Shown here: piece after piece, positions 9,020-17,890 of the stretch
How the letters are laid out: each line of letters begins with the position of its first letter
Position numbering within the stretch: the first letter of the stretch is position 1
NCBI GenBank assembly: GCA_044229975.1
Contig: JBGARZ010000002.1
Coordinates: 704,001 to 768,000 of the forward strand
Origin: Polyangiales bacterium
GTDB lineage: Bacteria; Myxococcota_A; Polyangia; Polyangiales; Ga0077539
Reading direction: 5' to 3'
DNA: 64,000 nt
The notes under the pieces: model-generated
Database searches by the model: none
Seen by the model: only the letters and a program-made list of their open reading frames with translations
What the model was told of the DNA's origin: nothing
Program-made: the position numbers and the translations under genes

Positions 9020-10891
9020 CTACTTCGCCCCGAGGAGGGTCTTGACCTTCAGGCCGCGCACCAGCCAGTCGAAGACCACGCGCGTCGCAAACACACCCGT
9101 GAACAGGTTGGCGAGCACGCCGATGAGCAGCGTGACCGCGAAGCCCTTCACCGGCCCAGTGCCGTACTGGAGCAGCACCACGCCCGAGATGAGCGTCGTG
9201 ACGTGCCCGTCGAAGATGGCGGTAAACGCGTGGCTGTACCCGGCGTCGACCGCCGCGCGCAGCGTCTTGCCGCCGCGCAGCTCCTCGCGGATGCGCTCGT
9301 TGATCAGCACGTTGTTGTCGACGCTCATGCCCACCGTGAGCGCGAAGCCCACGAGGCCCGGCAGCGTGATGGTCGCGCCGAGAAACACCAGGATCGCGAG
9401 CTGGATGGCGAGGTTGACGAGCACCGCGCCGTTGGCGATCCACCCGGCCGCGCCGTAGTAGACGGCCATGAAGAGCAGCACCAGCGAGATGCACACGAGC
9501 ATCGCGTTGCGCGCGTGGCGGATGGTGTCCGAGCCGAGCGTCGGACCCACGTAGTCCTGCTTGCCCTCGGAGAGCGGCGCTGGGAGGGCGCCCGCGCGAA
9601 GCACCACCACGAGGTCATTCGCCTCGCGCATGATCTGCTGGTAGTCGCTGTCGCTACCGAGAGTGATGCGGGCCTGACCGCCGCCGATGCGCTGCTGGAT
9701 CTGCGGCGCCGAGCTCACCCGGTCGTCGAGGACGATGGCGAAGCGCTTCTTGACGTTCTCCTCCGTGACGCGCGCGAAGACCTCGCCGCCGCGGCGGTTG
9801 AAGGTCAGCGAGACGAAGGGACGGTTCTCCTGCGGGTCGACCGAGACGCGGGCGTCGTCGATCATCGAGCCGTCGACCTGGGCGACGCTGAAGACCGTGT
9901 ACGTGCGCCAGATCTCGCCCGCCGCCGCGTTGGCCGCCTCGCCGCGCTCGGCCTTCCCCATGAGAATCTGCCGACCCTCGGGGATCACCGACCGGATGGA
10001 CTCCAGGTAGTCCTGGAGCTGCTGCCGGGCGTTGGGGCCCGTCGAGCGGAGGTACGGCGACGGCGCCTGACGACCGGGCCCGATGGGGGCCATCTCGCTC
10101 TCCTGCGTGATGCCCGACGGGAGAGGATGAGCCACCGGCGCCGGAGCACCCTCGACCGGCGTGACGCCGGGAATGGCGTTGCCCGCGATGATGGCCGGGA
10201 GCGCCTGGCTCTCGTCGTCGAGGATCTTGAAGTCCAGCCGCGCCGTGCGACGGATGATGTCGCGGATCTGCTGGAAGTAGTTCTGATCTTGCCCGGGCAC
10301 CTCGACGACGATGGTCTCGCCGCGCGCCGTGATGGACGTCTCCTTGATGGCGAGCTCGTCGATGCGATTGGAGATCGTCTGGATCGCCTGCTGCACCGCG
10401 CTGTCTTCGAGCGCCGTGACCTCGCGGGGATCAAGACCCAGCGTGAGGTTGTTGCCGCTCGTGCCGAGACGGCGCAGGCCCTGGTTGGTCACCGTGCGAT
10501 CGGTGACGCGCGCGAGGTCGGCCGCCGTGCGGAAGCGCGCGATGAAGTCGCGGTTGGTCGACCCGGCCACCACCGTCACGCGCTGGGCGAGGCGGGTGAT
10601 CTCGTCGGGCGTCAGCCGCCCTTCACCGTGGTGGATGCCAAAGTCACTCGCGAGCTGACCGCGGAAGCTCTCCATGGAGCGCGCGCGTCGGTCGGCGATC
10701 GCCTGCCCGATCTGCACGTCATACGAGAGGCGCGCGCCCCCGCGGATGTCGAGACCCTCGTTGAGTCGAAACGGGATGTGCGCCCGGACCCACGGCGTCG
10801 ACAGCTTTGGGATGCTCGGCCAGAGCACCACGAACGCCCCGACGATGACAAAGAGCACCGTCCCCAACCGCCAGTACCAACCGCGATTCAT
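9020..10891 (-). CDS. secD: Protein translocase subunit SecD
   Basis: GLDIRGG, AIVLDD, LRAGALPAPL, VGPTLG, GMSVDNNVLINERIREE, GTGPVKGFA. Confidence 0.97.
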   Translation of the reverse strand: MNRGWYWRLGTVLFVIVGAFVVLWPSIPKLSTPWVRAHIPFRLNEGLDIRGGARLSYDVQIGQAIADRRARSMESFRGQLASDFGIHHGEGRLTPDEITRLAQRVTVVAGSTNRDFIARFRTAADLARVTDRTVTNQGLRRLGTSGNNLTLGLDPREVTALEDSAVQQAIQTISNRIDELAIKETSITARGETIVVEVPGQDQNYFQQIRDIIRRTARLDFKILDDESQALPAIIAGNAIPGVTPVEGAPAPVAHPLPSGITQESEMAPIGPGRQAPSPYLRSTGPNARQQLQDYLESIRSVIPEGRQILMGKAERGEAANAAAGEIWRTYTVFSVAQVDGSMIDDARVSVDPQENRPFVSLTFNRRGGEVFARVTEENVKKRFAIVLDDRVSSAPQIQQRIGGGQARITLGSDSDYQQIMREANDLVVVLRAGALPAPLSEGKQDYVGPTLGSDTIRHARNAMLVCISLVLLFMAVYYGAAGWIANGAVLVNLAIQLAILVFLGATITLPGLVGFALTVGMSVDNNVLINERIREELRGGKTLRAAVDAGYSHAFTAIFDGHVTTLISGVVLLQYGTGPVKGFAVTLLIGVLANLFTGVFATRVVFDWLVRGLKVKTLLGAK

Positions 10892-10911
10892 GCCTCAGAG
10901 CCTCCGCTGCG

Positions 10912-11358
10912 TCACTTCTTGTCGGCGTCGGCGGGCTTCGCGTCCGCGGTCGGCGTCTCGTACTTCTTGGTCACGCTGTCTCGCGTGAAGCGCACCCGAA
11001 CCCTGTCGGCCAGCTCGATGACGATCTCCTTCTCGAAGACCTCGTGCACGGTGCCGATCATCCCTGCGTTGGTGACCACGCGGTCGCCCTTGGAGAGCCC
11101 CTTCTGAAGCGTCTCCTGCTCCTTCTGCTGCTGCCGCATCGGGCGCAGCATGAAGAACCACACGAACAAAAAGATCGCGGGGAGCATCAAGGTCTGCATC
11201 CACGACCCGGCGCCCCCACCGCCGCCACCTGTGGCACTGCGAGCGGCACCACCGCCGCCGCCCCCACTGCCCGGGGTGAGCGTCGGCTGAAACGCCAGCA
11301 GCGCCGCGATGCCGCGGTAGGAGAGGGAGACGAGGGAGTCGATCGCCGTGGGTGTCAT
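10912..11358 (-). CDS. yajC: Preprotein translocase subunit YajC with Gly-rich N-terminal extension
   Basis: FFMLRPMRQQQKE and LSKGDRVVTNAGMIGTV; directly upstream of secD. Confidence 0.92.
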   Translation of the reverse strand: MTPTAIDSLVSLSYRGIAALLAFQPTLTPGSGGGGGGAARSATGGGGGGAGSWMQTLMLPAIFLFVWFFMLRPMRQQQKEQETLQKGLSKGDRVVTNAGMIGTVHEVFEKEIVIELADRVRVRFTRDSVTKKYETPTADAKPADADKK

Positions 11359-11535
11359 CGGGTCACTCTTTCGAAGCCCTTCGAGGCGCGTCGCGACGGC
11401 TCTCGTCGGACGGCGTGCGGAGACCATCCATGGAAGGTCGGCGCGGGGCGGAGGGCGCTGCTAACACGCACCCCGACGCGGGGTCAACCGCGCATGGCCC
11501 GGTGCCGAACCCGCATCGTGATAGCCTCGGCGCCT

Positions 11536-12069
11536 GTGAACCCGGCCCGCCGCTCCCTTCTTCCCGCCCTCGTTCTGGGCTTCGCGGCGATGACCTCGCA
11601 CGGCTGCGCCTCGCCGCCGACGACCTCCGACGCGGCGACAGACGACCGGCTCTCCGTCGTCGATCCTTCGCTGGAGGTCGGCACGGGACAGTCGTCGTGG
11701 GAGTCGCTGACGGACGGAGCGCCGGTGGAGCTCATCCACGGCCCGCAGGGTGGCTACCACCTCTTCGCCCGCATCCGCGAGCAGCGCCTCGGAGGCGACG
11801 TGCAGGTGACCTTCCGCGTGACGCCCGTGGAAGGCGGCGAACCCGTCAACGACCCCGCCGACCGCATCCGCCTCCTGGAGGGCCGCGGCCTCCTGCGCAC
11901 CACCGCGGGCTGGGAGTCGTCGAGCGCGTTACTGGTCATCCTGACGCGCATCCGAGGCCCCGCCGAGGTCGTCGGACGTCGCTTCATCCTCGAAGCCAAC
12001 GTCGCCTCCACGGGCTCATCGACGATCTCCACCGTCCGACGAACGATCGCCATCGTCGACGAGACATGA
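11536..12069 (+). CDS. Hypothetical lipoprotein
   Basis: GTG start, hydrophobic signal ending SHGC; HGPQGGYH motif. Confidence 0.7.
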   Translation: MNPARRSLLPALVLGFAAMTSHGCASPPTTSDAATDDRLSVVDPSLEVGTGQSSWESLTDGAPVELIHGPQGGYHLFARIREQRLGGDVQVTFRVTPVEGGEPVNDPADRIRLLEGRGLLRTTAGWESSSALLVILTRIRGPAEVVGRRFILEANVASTGSSTISTVRRTIAIVDET

Positions 12070-12126
12070 ATCAGCCGCACGGGGGTTGTGGCCGTCGGTC
12101 GGCGGTCGGTGGTAGGGTTTCCGACC

Positions 12127-14265
12127 GTGACGGCGAACCCCTACCGACCCCGTTCCACGATTCTGCGCGCGCCTGGTGTTGAGCCCGTCGGGGCACCACC
12201 GGTGCCACCCACCCCGCCGCCTCCAGCGTCGACGGGCCCCGCGCGATCGCTCTCGCCCGGTTCCGTGGTGCTTGGCCGCTACACCATCCAGAAGGTCATC
12301 GGCCGCGGCGGTATGGCGACCGTCTACCTCGCAAAAAACCAGGAGACCGAGCGCCTCGTCGCGCTCAAGATCCTCGACCCGGAGATCTCCAGCGACCCGA
12401 GCTACGTCGAGCGCTTCCGCCGCGAGGCCCGCGCCGCGGGACGTATTCGCAGCGACCATGTCGTGGCGATCTACGACCTCGGCACCGACGTCAACGGCAC
12501 CCTCGTCCTGGTGATGGAGTACCTCGAAGGGCAGACGGTTCAGCAGGCGCTGCGCAACGGCCGTCTTCCCATTCCGCGCATCGGCCATCTCGGGCGTCAC
12601 CTCTGTGAGGGCCTCGCGGCGGCCCACGAGTGCGGCGTCATCCACCGCGACCTCAAGCCGGCCAACCTCTTCATCGAGCGCATGCCCGCGGGCGCCGAGA
12701 AGCTGAAGATCCTCGACTTCGGCATCTCCAAGCTGGCTGAGGCGTCATCCCAGGAGCTGACGCGGGCCGGGCAGACCCTCGGCACGCTCGCGTACATGGC
12801 CCCGGAGCAGATTCGCGGAACGGTGAAGGGCAACGACCCCCGCATCGACCTGTACGCCGCGGGCGTGTCGATCTTCCTCATGCTGACGGCGAAGCGGCCC
12901 ATCGACGCCGAAGACACCGTGCAGCTCCTCCAAGCCGTGTTGGAGAAGCCGCCGCTCACGCTCGCGCAAGCATCGGGCGTGGAGTTTCCCCACGCGCTCG
13001 AAGCCTTCGTCGCGCGGGCCCTCCAGAAGGAGTCGGCGCGCCGCTTCCAAAACGCCATCGAGATGCGCGACGCCCTCCTGTCGGCGGTGAGCGCCCCGGT
13101 GTCTCTCGGTAGCGTCGAAGAGGTGCCCGAGGTCTCGTCCACGATCATCTCCGAGGCGCCGCGCTTCGACGGCCCGCTGCCGATGTCAACGCCTTCGGGC
13201 GTGGTCGCGCGGGGCGGTCACGACGTGGCGCCACCAGGCCCGGTGATGCTCCCGTCGTTTGATGACGACGAGGAAGAAGGCAAGACCGTCGTGCGGGCGC
13301 CGCAGTCCGCGCCCAACGAGTCGCCCGCGGTACTCCCCGCGGCCGGTCGTCGCATGGGCATGGCCCCCGACTACGGCGCTCCGCCTCCGGGCCCGTCGCC
13401 CATGCGCGCCGCGACCATTGCCCCGACCGGCCTGTCGGGCAACGGCCCCCCGATGTACGCGCCACCGCCTACCGAATCGACGATGCTCGCCGACCCGGCC
13501 GCATCCAGTCCTTTCGGAGCCTTCAACGGTCCGGGCATGCACCCGCCGATGGGACAGGGAAACCCCGCGATGGGCGCCGCGGTCGGGCCTCCGATGCCCT
13601 CCAACAACCCCTTTGGTCCGCTCGGTGGAGGGTCCCCCTTCGCGCCTCCGCCCTACGTCGCCCCGGCGCCCGCGCCCGCTCCTGCTGCACCCGCCAGGCG
13701 CTCGCCCATGGTCTTCGTGCTCGGTGCCGCAGCCCTCGTCGCGGTCGCGCTCGTGGGTCTCGCGGGCAAGGTCGCGGTCGATAGCCGCGCAGCCAACAAC
13801 GCCGCCGCGCGCATCGAGCGACCGCGCCCCGCCGTTGCGCCAACCCCGACTGCTGCACCGACCGTCGAAGCCGTGGTCCCGGTCGCGCAGCCCATCGTCG
13901 CGCAACCCATCGCGGCGCCTGCACCCATCGCGGAAGCGCAGCCCCTCGCGCCCGCTGCGCCTGTCGCCGCCGCAGCCCCGGCCCCGGAGCCCGCGCCCGA
14001 ACCCGCCGCTGCCCCCCCTGCCCCGACGCCGGCACCGGCTGAGCCCGCTCCCGCGGCTCCCCCCGAGCCGGCGGTCGCGCACACTCGCCATGCGCCGCGA
14101 GCGCCCCGCCCCGCCACGACGGCAGCGGCCGCCCCCGCTGCTGCGCACACCGCCCCGACGCCTCGCGTGGTCCGTCCCACTCCGGCACCTGCGGCGCCGC
14201 CCGCTCCGCGAGCACCGCGCCCTCGACGTGGTGGTCGCGGCGTCATCACCGACCTGCCGTTCTAG
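12127..14265 (+). CDS. Membrane-spanning Ser/Thr protein kinase with long Pro/Ala-rich extracytoplasmic tail
   Basis: GRGGMATVY, VALKIL, HRDLKPAN, DFG, YMAPE; TM segment MVFVLGAAALVAVALVGLAG; start GTG 12127 chosen from an upstream -10-like box. Confidence 0.93.
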   Translation: MTANPYRPRSTILRAPGVEPVGAPPVPPTPPPPASTGPARSLSPGSVVLGRYTIQKVIGRGGMATVYLAKNQETERLVALKILDPEISSDPSYVERFRREARAAGRIRSDHVVAIYDLGTDVNGTLVLVMEYLEGQTVQQALRNGRLPIPRIGHLGRHLCEGLAAAHECGVIHRDLKPANLFIERMPAGAEKLKILDFGISKLAEASSQELTRAGQTLGTLAYMAPEQIRGTVKGNDPRIDLYAAGVSIFLMLTAKRPIDAEDTVQLLQAVLEKPPLTLAQASGVEFPHALEAFVARALQKESARRFQNAIEMRDALLSAVSAPVSLGSVEEVPEVSSTIISEAPRFDGPLPMSTPSGVVARGGHDVAPPGPVMLPSFDDDEEEGKTVVRAPQSAPNESPAVLPAAGRRMGMAPDYGAPPPGPSPMRAATIAPTGLSGNGPPMYAPPPTESTMLADPAASSPFGAFNGPGMHPPMGQGNPAMGAAVGPPMPSNNPFGPLGGGSPFAPPPYVAPAPAPAPAAPARRSPMVFVLGAAALVAVALVGLAGKVAVDSRAANNAAARIERPRPAVAPTPTAAPTVEAVVPVAQPIVAQPIAAPAPIAEAQPLAPAAPVAAAAPAPEPAPEPAAAPPAPTPAPAEPAPAAPPEPAVAHTRHAPRAPRPATTAAAAPAAAHTAPTPRVVRPTPAPAAPPAPRAPRPRRGGRGVITDLPF

Positions 14266-14328
14266 GACCGTCGGCGCGGCGCACTGTCGGCTTGACGCTC
14301 GGGTCGGCGCGGGACGAACATCCCCGCC

Positions 14329-15141
14329 GTGTTGAGACCCGCGACCCTCTCCCTCTCTCTCTCCCTGGTCCTGCTGTCATCGCAGGCCTTTGCGCAACAG
14401 GCGACCACCGACGAGTCCCGACTCGAAGACGCACGCAACCAGTATCGGGCCGGCGTGCAGGCCTTCCAGCGTGGGCGCTTCGGCGAGGCGACGGTGGCGT
14501 TCGAGCGCTCGTTTCGCGCGCGCCCGCACCCCGCGACGCTCTACAACGCCGCCGAGGCTCGCATGCGAGCTGGCGACAACGAGGGCGCCCTTGCGCAGCT
14601 CCGAGAGCTCCTCGCGATGACGACGCCCGCGCCCGATGCCGACCTCGCGGGCCGTGCGCGCAACCTGGCCCTCCAGATGAACGAGCGTGACCTCCAGCCG
14701 GCCGTGGCACGGGTCGAGAGCGCCCCCTGCCCGACCTGTCCGACCTGCCGAACGGAGACGCCATCGTGTCCCCCGGCGCCCGAGCCCGAGGTGGTCACCA
14801 CGCGCATTGGCGGCGGGGCCTACGCGTTGGGCGCCGGTGCCCTGGTGTTGACCGCCGTGGGCTCGGGCTTCCTGGCGGTGGCGATCAACAACGCTTCGGT
14901 CTTCACGGACATCGGCGCGATGTCCAACCGCGCTGGTCTTCGCGAGGTGCAAGACCAGTTGCAGGACCAGGGCGAGACCTACCGCACGGTCGGCATCATC
15001 GGCCTCGCGCTCGGAGTCGGCGCGGCCGTGGGCTCCATCTGGATGTTCACGCACCCGCAAGAGCGCCGCTCGCAAGCGCCCACGGCCGGCCTCAACTTCG
15101 GCATCTCTCCCGGCGGCATGGCGCTGTCGGGTCGCTTCTAG
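14329..15141 (+). CDS. Exported TPR protein with two hydrophobic segments and C-terminal ...LSGRF
   Basis: Signal peptide AFA-Q; TPR (FERSFRARPHPATLYNAA); CPTCPTC linker; hydrophobic helices. Confidence 0.78.
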   Translation: MLRPATLSLSLSLVLLSSQAFAQQATTDESRLEDARNQYRAGVQAFQRGRFGEATVAFERSFRARPHPATLYNAAEARMRAGDNEGALAQLRELLAMTTPAPDADLAGRARNLALQMNERDLQPAVARVESAPCPTCPTCRTETPSCPPAPEPEVVTTRIGGGAYALGAGALVLTAVGSGFLAVAINNASVFTDIGAMSNRAGLREVQDQLQDQGETYRTVGIIGLALGVGAAVGSIWMFTHPQERRSQAPTAGLNFGISPGGMALSGRF

Positions 15142-15200
15142 CCCCGCGGCGCTCTGCCACGGGAGCCCCTCTCTGCCCGACAGGTCACGTCATCCCCACG

Positions 15201-16583
15201 ATGCCCAACGTCACGCCCTCCGTCACTCCTCCTTCGCCCGTCACCAACCTTCTTCAGCGCCTCAACCGAAGCGCCGATCGCCACTCGCGAATCACGGCGG
15301 GCCCGGTGCACGTCGGCTTCCCGGGTGGCGCGGTAGAGACCTACCACCTCGGCAACGGCCTGCGGGTGCTGCTCCAGATCGATCGACGCGCTCCGGTGCT
15401 CTCGTATCAGGTCTGGTTCAACGTCGGTTCGCGCCACGAACGCGAGGGCAAGACGGGCCTCGCACACCTCTTCGAACACCTGATGTTCAACGAGACGAAG
15501 ACCCTGCGGGCCGGTCGCTTCGACGCGTTGATGGAGCGCGCGGGCGCGGAGACCAACGCCGCAACCTGGACGGACTGGACCTACTACCACGAGAACATTC
15601 CCGCCGATCAGCTGCCGCTGGTGGTGCGGCTCGAAGCTGACCGCATGCGCAACCTCGTGCTCCATCCGAAGCTCGTCGCGAGCGAGAAGGAGGTCGTCGC
15701 CAACGAGCGCCGCTTCAGCGTCGTCGACAGCGTCGACGGCATGCTCGCGGAGACGCTCTGGTCGCTCGCGTTCAACACGCACCCGTACCACCACCCGACC
15801 ATCGGTTGGATGAGCGACATCGAGGGCTTCACGCCGGCCGACTGCCGGGCGTTTTACAAGACCTGGTACGCCCCCAACAACGCGACGGTGGTGGTCGTCG
15901 GTGACACCGACCGCGCGCGGGCGCTGCGGCTCATCCAGCGCCACTACGGTGCGATGCGACCGGCGACGATCCCCGACCTGACGATCCCCGACGAGCCCGC
16001 CCAGACCGACGACCGCCTCGCGGTGCTCGAGCTGCCGACGCCCACCGCCAAGGTCGCCATCGGGTTCAAGTGCCCCGCGTTCGCGCACCGCGATCACGCC
16101 GCGCTCTCCGTCCTCGTCGAGGCGCTCACCGGAGGTCGCTCGGCGCGCCTCTTCCAGAGCCTCGTGACCGAACGCGAGATCGCCACCGACGTCTCCGGGT
16201 GGGTCTCGCCGTTTCGCGACCCCGGGCTTCTCGACATCAGCGCCGTCGGACGCGGTGCGGTCACGCCAGAGGCGTTGCGTGAGGCGGTGGAGCTCGGCAT
16301 CGCGTCGGTGGGTGACATCCCCATCACCGAAGACGAGCGCGATCGCGCGATCGCGCGCATGGAGTTCGGCTTCCTTCGCGGCCTGGAGACCGTCGGCGGG
16401 CGCGCCGAGCTCCTCGGCAACAACGCCCTCGTGCTGGGCAACCCTGTCGGGAGCCTCACGCGCGTGGAGACGATGCGCTCCCTCACCGCCGCCGACCTCC
16501 AAGACGTCGCGCGCCGCTACCTGCTGGGCCAGGCCCGCTCGGTGGTCCTGGTGCGCTCCAACCTCGCCGCAGGGGTCGCGTGA
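15201..16583 (+). CDS. M16B zinc peptidase, catalytic subunit
   Basis: GLAHLFEHLMF (HxxEH), NAATWTDWT, EKEVVANERR, WYAPNNA. Confidence 0.93.
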   Translation: MPNVTPSVTPPSPVTNLLQRLNRSADRHSRITAGPVHVGFPGGAVETYHLGNGLRVLLQIDRRAPVLSYQVWFNVGSRHEREGKTGLAHLFEHLMFNETKTLRAGRFDALMERAGAETNAATWTDWTYYHENIPADQLPLVVRLEADRMRNLVLHPKLVASEKEVVANERRFSVVDSVDGMLAETLWSLAFNTHPYHHPTIGWMSDIEGFTPADCRAFYKTWYAPNNATVVVVGDTDRARALRLIQRHYGAMRPATIPDLTIPDEPAQTDDRLAVLELPTPTAKVAIGFKCPAFAHRDHAALSVLVEALTGGRSARLFQSLVTEREIATDVSGWVSPFRDPGLLDISAVGRGAVTPEALREAVELGIASVGDIPITEDERDRAIARMEFGFLRGLETVGGRAELLGNNALVLGNPVGSLTRVETMRSLTAADLQDVARRYLLGQARSVVLVRSNLAAGVA

Positions 16584-17869
16584 TGCCCCCGACCACCCTG
16601 TACTGCGAGTCCGCCCACGACCTCCCGCTCGTCGACCTGCAGCTCGTCGCACGCACCGGCGCGCAGCACGATCCGGCGGGCAAGGAGGGCGCGCTCAACC
16701 TCGCGCTCCGAACGCTCCGCCGCGGCACCCGCGCCCGCAACTCGCGGGAGATCGACGCGCTCATCGACCGGCTCGGTGGCGAGTTCGGCGCCTCGGCCGA
16801 CGTGAGCTCCGCGACGCTGCACGCCGCGGTCATCCGTCGCAACCTCCCGGCCTTCCTCGACCTGTTCGAGGAGTTCGTCACCGGCGCCACGCTGCCCGAG
16901 GCCGAGGTCGCCCAGGTGCGCCGCGAGATGCAGGCCGACATCGTCGAGAGCCGCGACGACGACCGCACGCTCGCAGGTCGCCACTTCCGCCGCACGCTCT
17001 TCGCGGGCCACCCCTACGGTCGCCCCACGCAGGGCACCGTCGCGGGCCTCGACGCGGTGACGGGTGACGACGCCCTCGCGGCCTTCCGGCGCACCTTCAG
17101 CCGCGACAACGTGTTCTTCGCGGCGGCGGGCGACGTCTCCCTCGCCGAGCTGGCGGCTTTCTCCGATCGCATCAACCCGGGGCTGGCTTCGGGGCCGTCG
17201 CCCACCACGACGATCGAAGCGCCGAAGCCCATCCGCGGTCGCCGCCTCGTGATCGTCGACAAGCCCGAACGGTCACAGACCCAGATCTACATCGGCAACC
17301 TCGGATCGCAGCCGCGCGACCGCGACCAGCTCGCGCTCTTCGTGGGCAACACCATCTTCGGCGGAACCTTCACCGCTCGCCTCATGCGCGAGATCCGCTC
17401 CAAGCGCGGCCTGTCCTACGGTGCCTCGTCGCGGCTCGGTCGCGACCGCGCGCGCAGCAGCTGGTCCATGTCGACCTTCCCTGCCGCCACCGACGCAGCG
17501 CGCTGCATCAGCATCCAGCTGTCGATGTTGGAGGGGCTGTTGGAGAAGGGCGTCACGGCGCGCGAGGTGTCGTCTGCGCGCGCGTTCATCACGCGTGGCT
17601 ACGCGTTCGAGCGCGACACCGCCGCGAAGCGTCTCGGACAGTTGATCGAGATCGACCTCCTCGACCTGCCGAAGTCCTACTTCGACGACTACATCGAGCG
17701 CATCAACGCCGTGACCGTGGACGACGTCAACGCCGCCCTCCGCAAGCGCCTCTCCGCGGACAACCTCCTCGTCACCGTCGTGGCCACCGCGGACACCCTC
17801 CGCGGGCCGCTGGAGAGCTGCATCCCCGGGCTCGTCGACACGCGCGTCGTGCCCTTCGACCGCGACTGA
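16580..17869 (+). CDS. M16B peptidase, non-catalytic partner subunit
   Basis: No HxxEH; GHPYG and RLMREIRSKRGLSYG (R/Y motif); 4-nt overlap with the catalytic subunit. Confidence 0.9.
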   Translation: MMPPTTLYCESAHDLPLVDLQLVARTGAQHDPAGKEGALNLALRTLRRGTRARNSREIDALIDRLGGEFGASADVSSATLHAAVIRRNLPAFLDLFEEFVTGATLPEAEVAQVRREMQADIVESRDDDRTLAGRHFRRTLFAGHPYGRPTQGTVAGLDAVTGDDALAAFRRTFSRDNVFFAAAGDVSLAELAAFSDRINPGLASGPSPTTTIEAPKPIRGRRLVIVDKPERSQTQIYIGNLGSQPRDRDQLALFVGNTIFGGTFTARLMREIRSKRGLSYGASSRLGRDRARSSWSMSTFPAATDAARCISIQLSMLEGLLEKGVTAREVSSARAFITRGYAFERDTAAKRLGQLIEIDLLDLPKSYFDDYIERINAVTVDDVNAALRKRLSADNLLVTVVATADTLRGPLESCIPGLVDTRVVPFDRD

Positions 17870-17890
17870 CCCGGCGGTATCGTCCCGCTC

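Noticed and set aside
13860..14230. Pro/Ala-rich repetitive DNA
   Set aside because: Low-complexity coding linker of the kinase, not a separate repeat element
15201..17869. M16 subunit lacking HxxEH as a possible pseudogene
   Set aside because: Normal heterodimeric M16B arrangement
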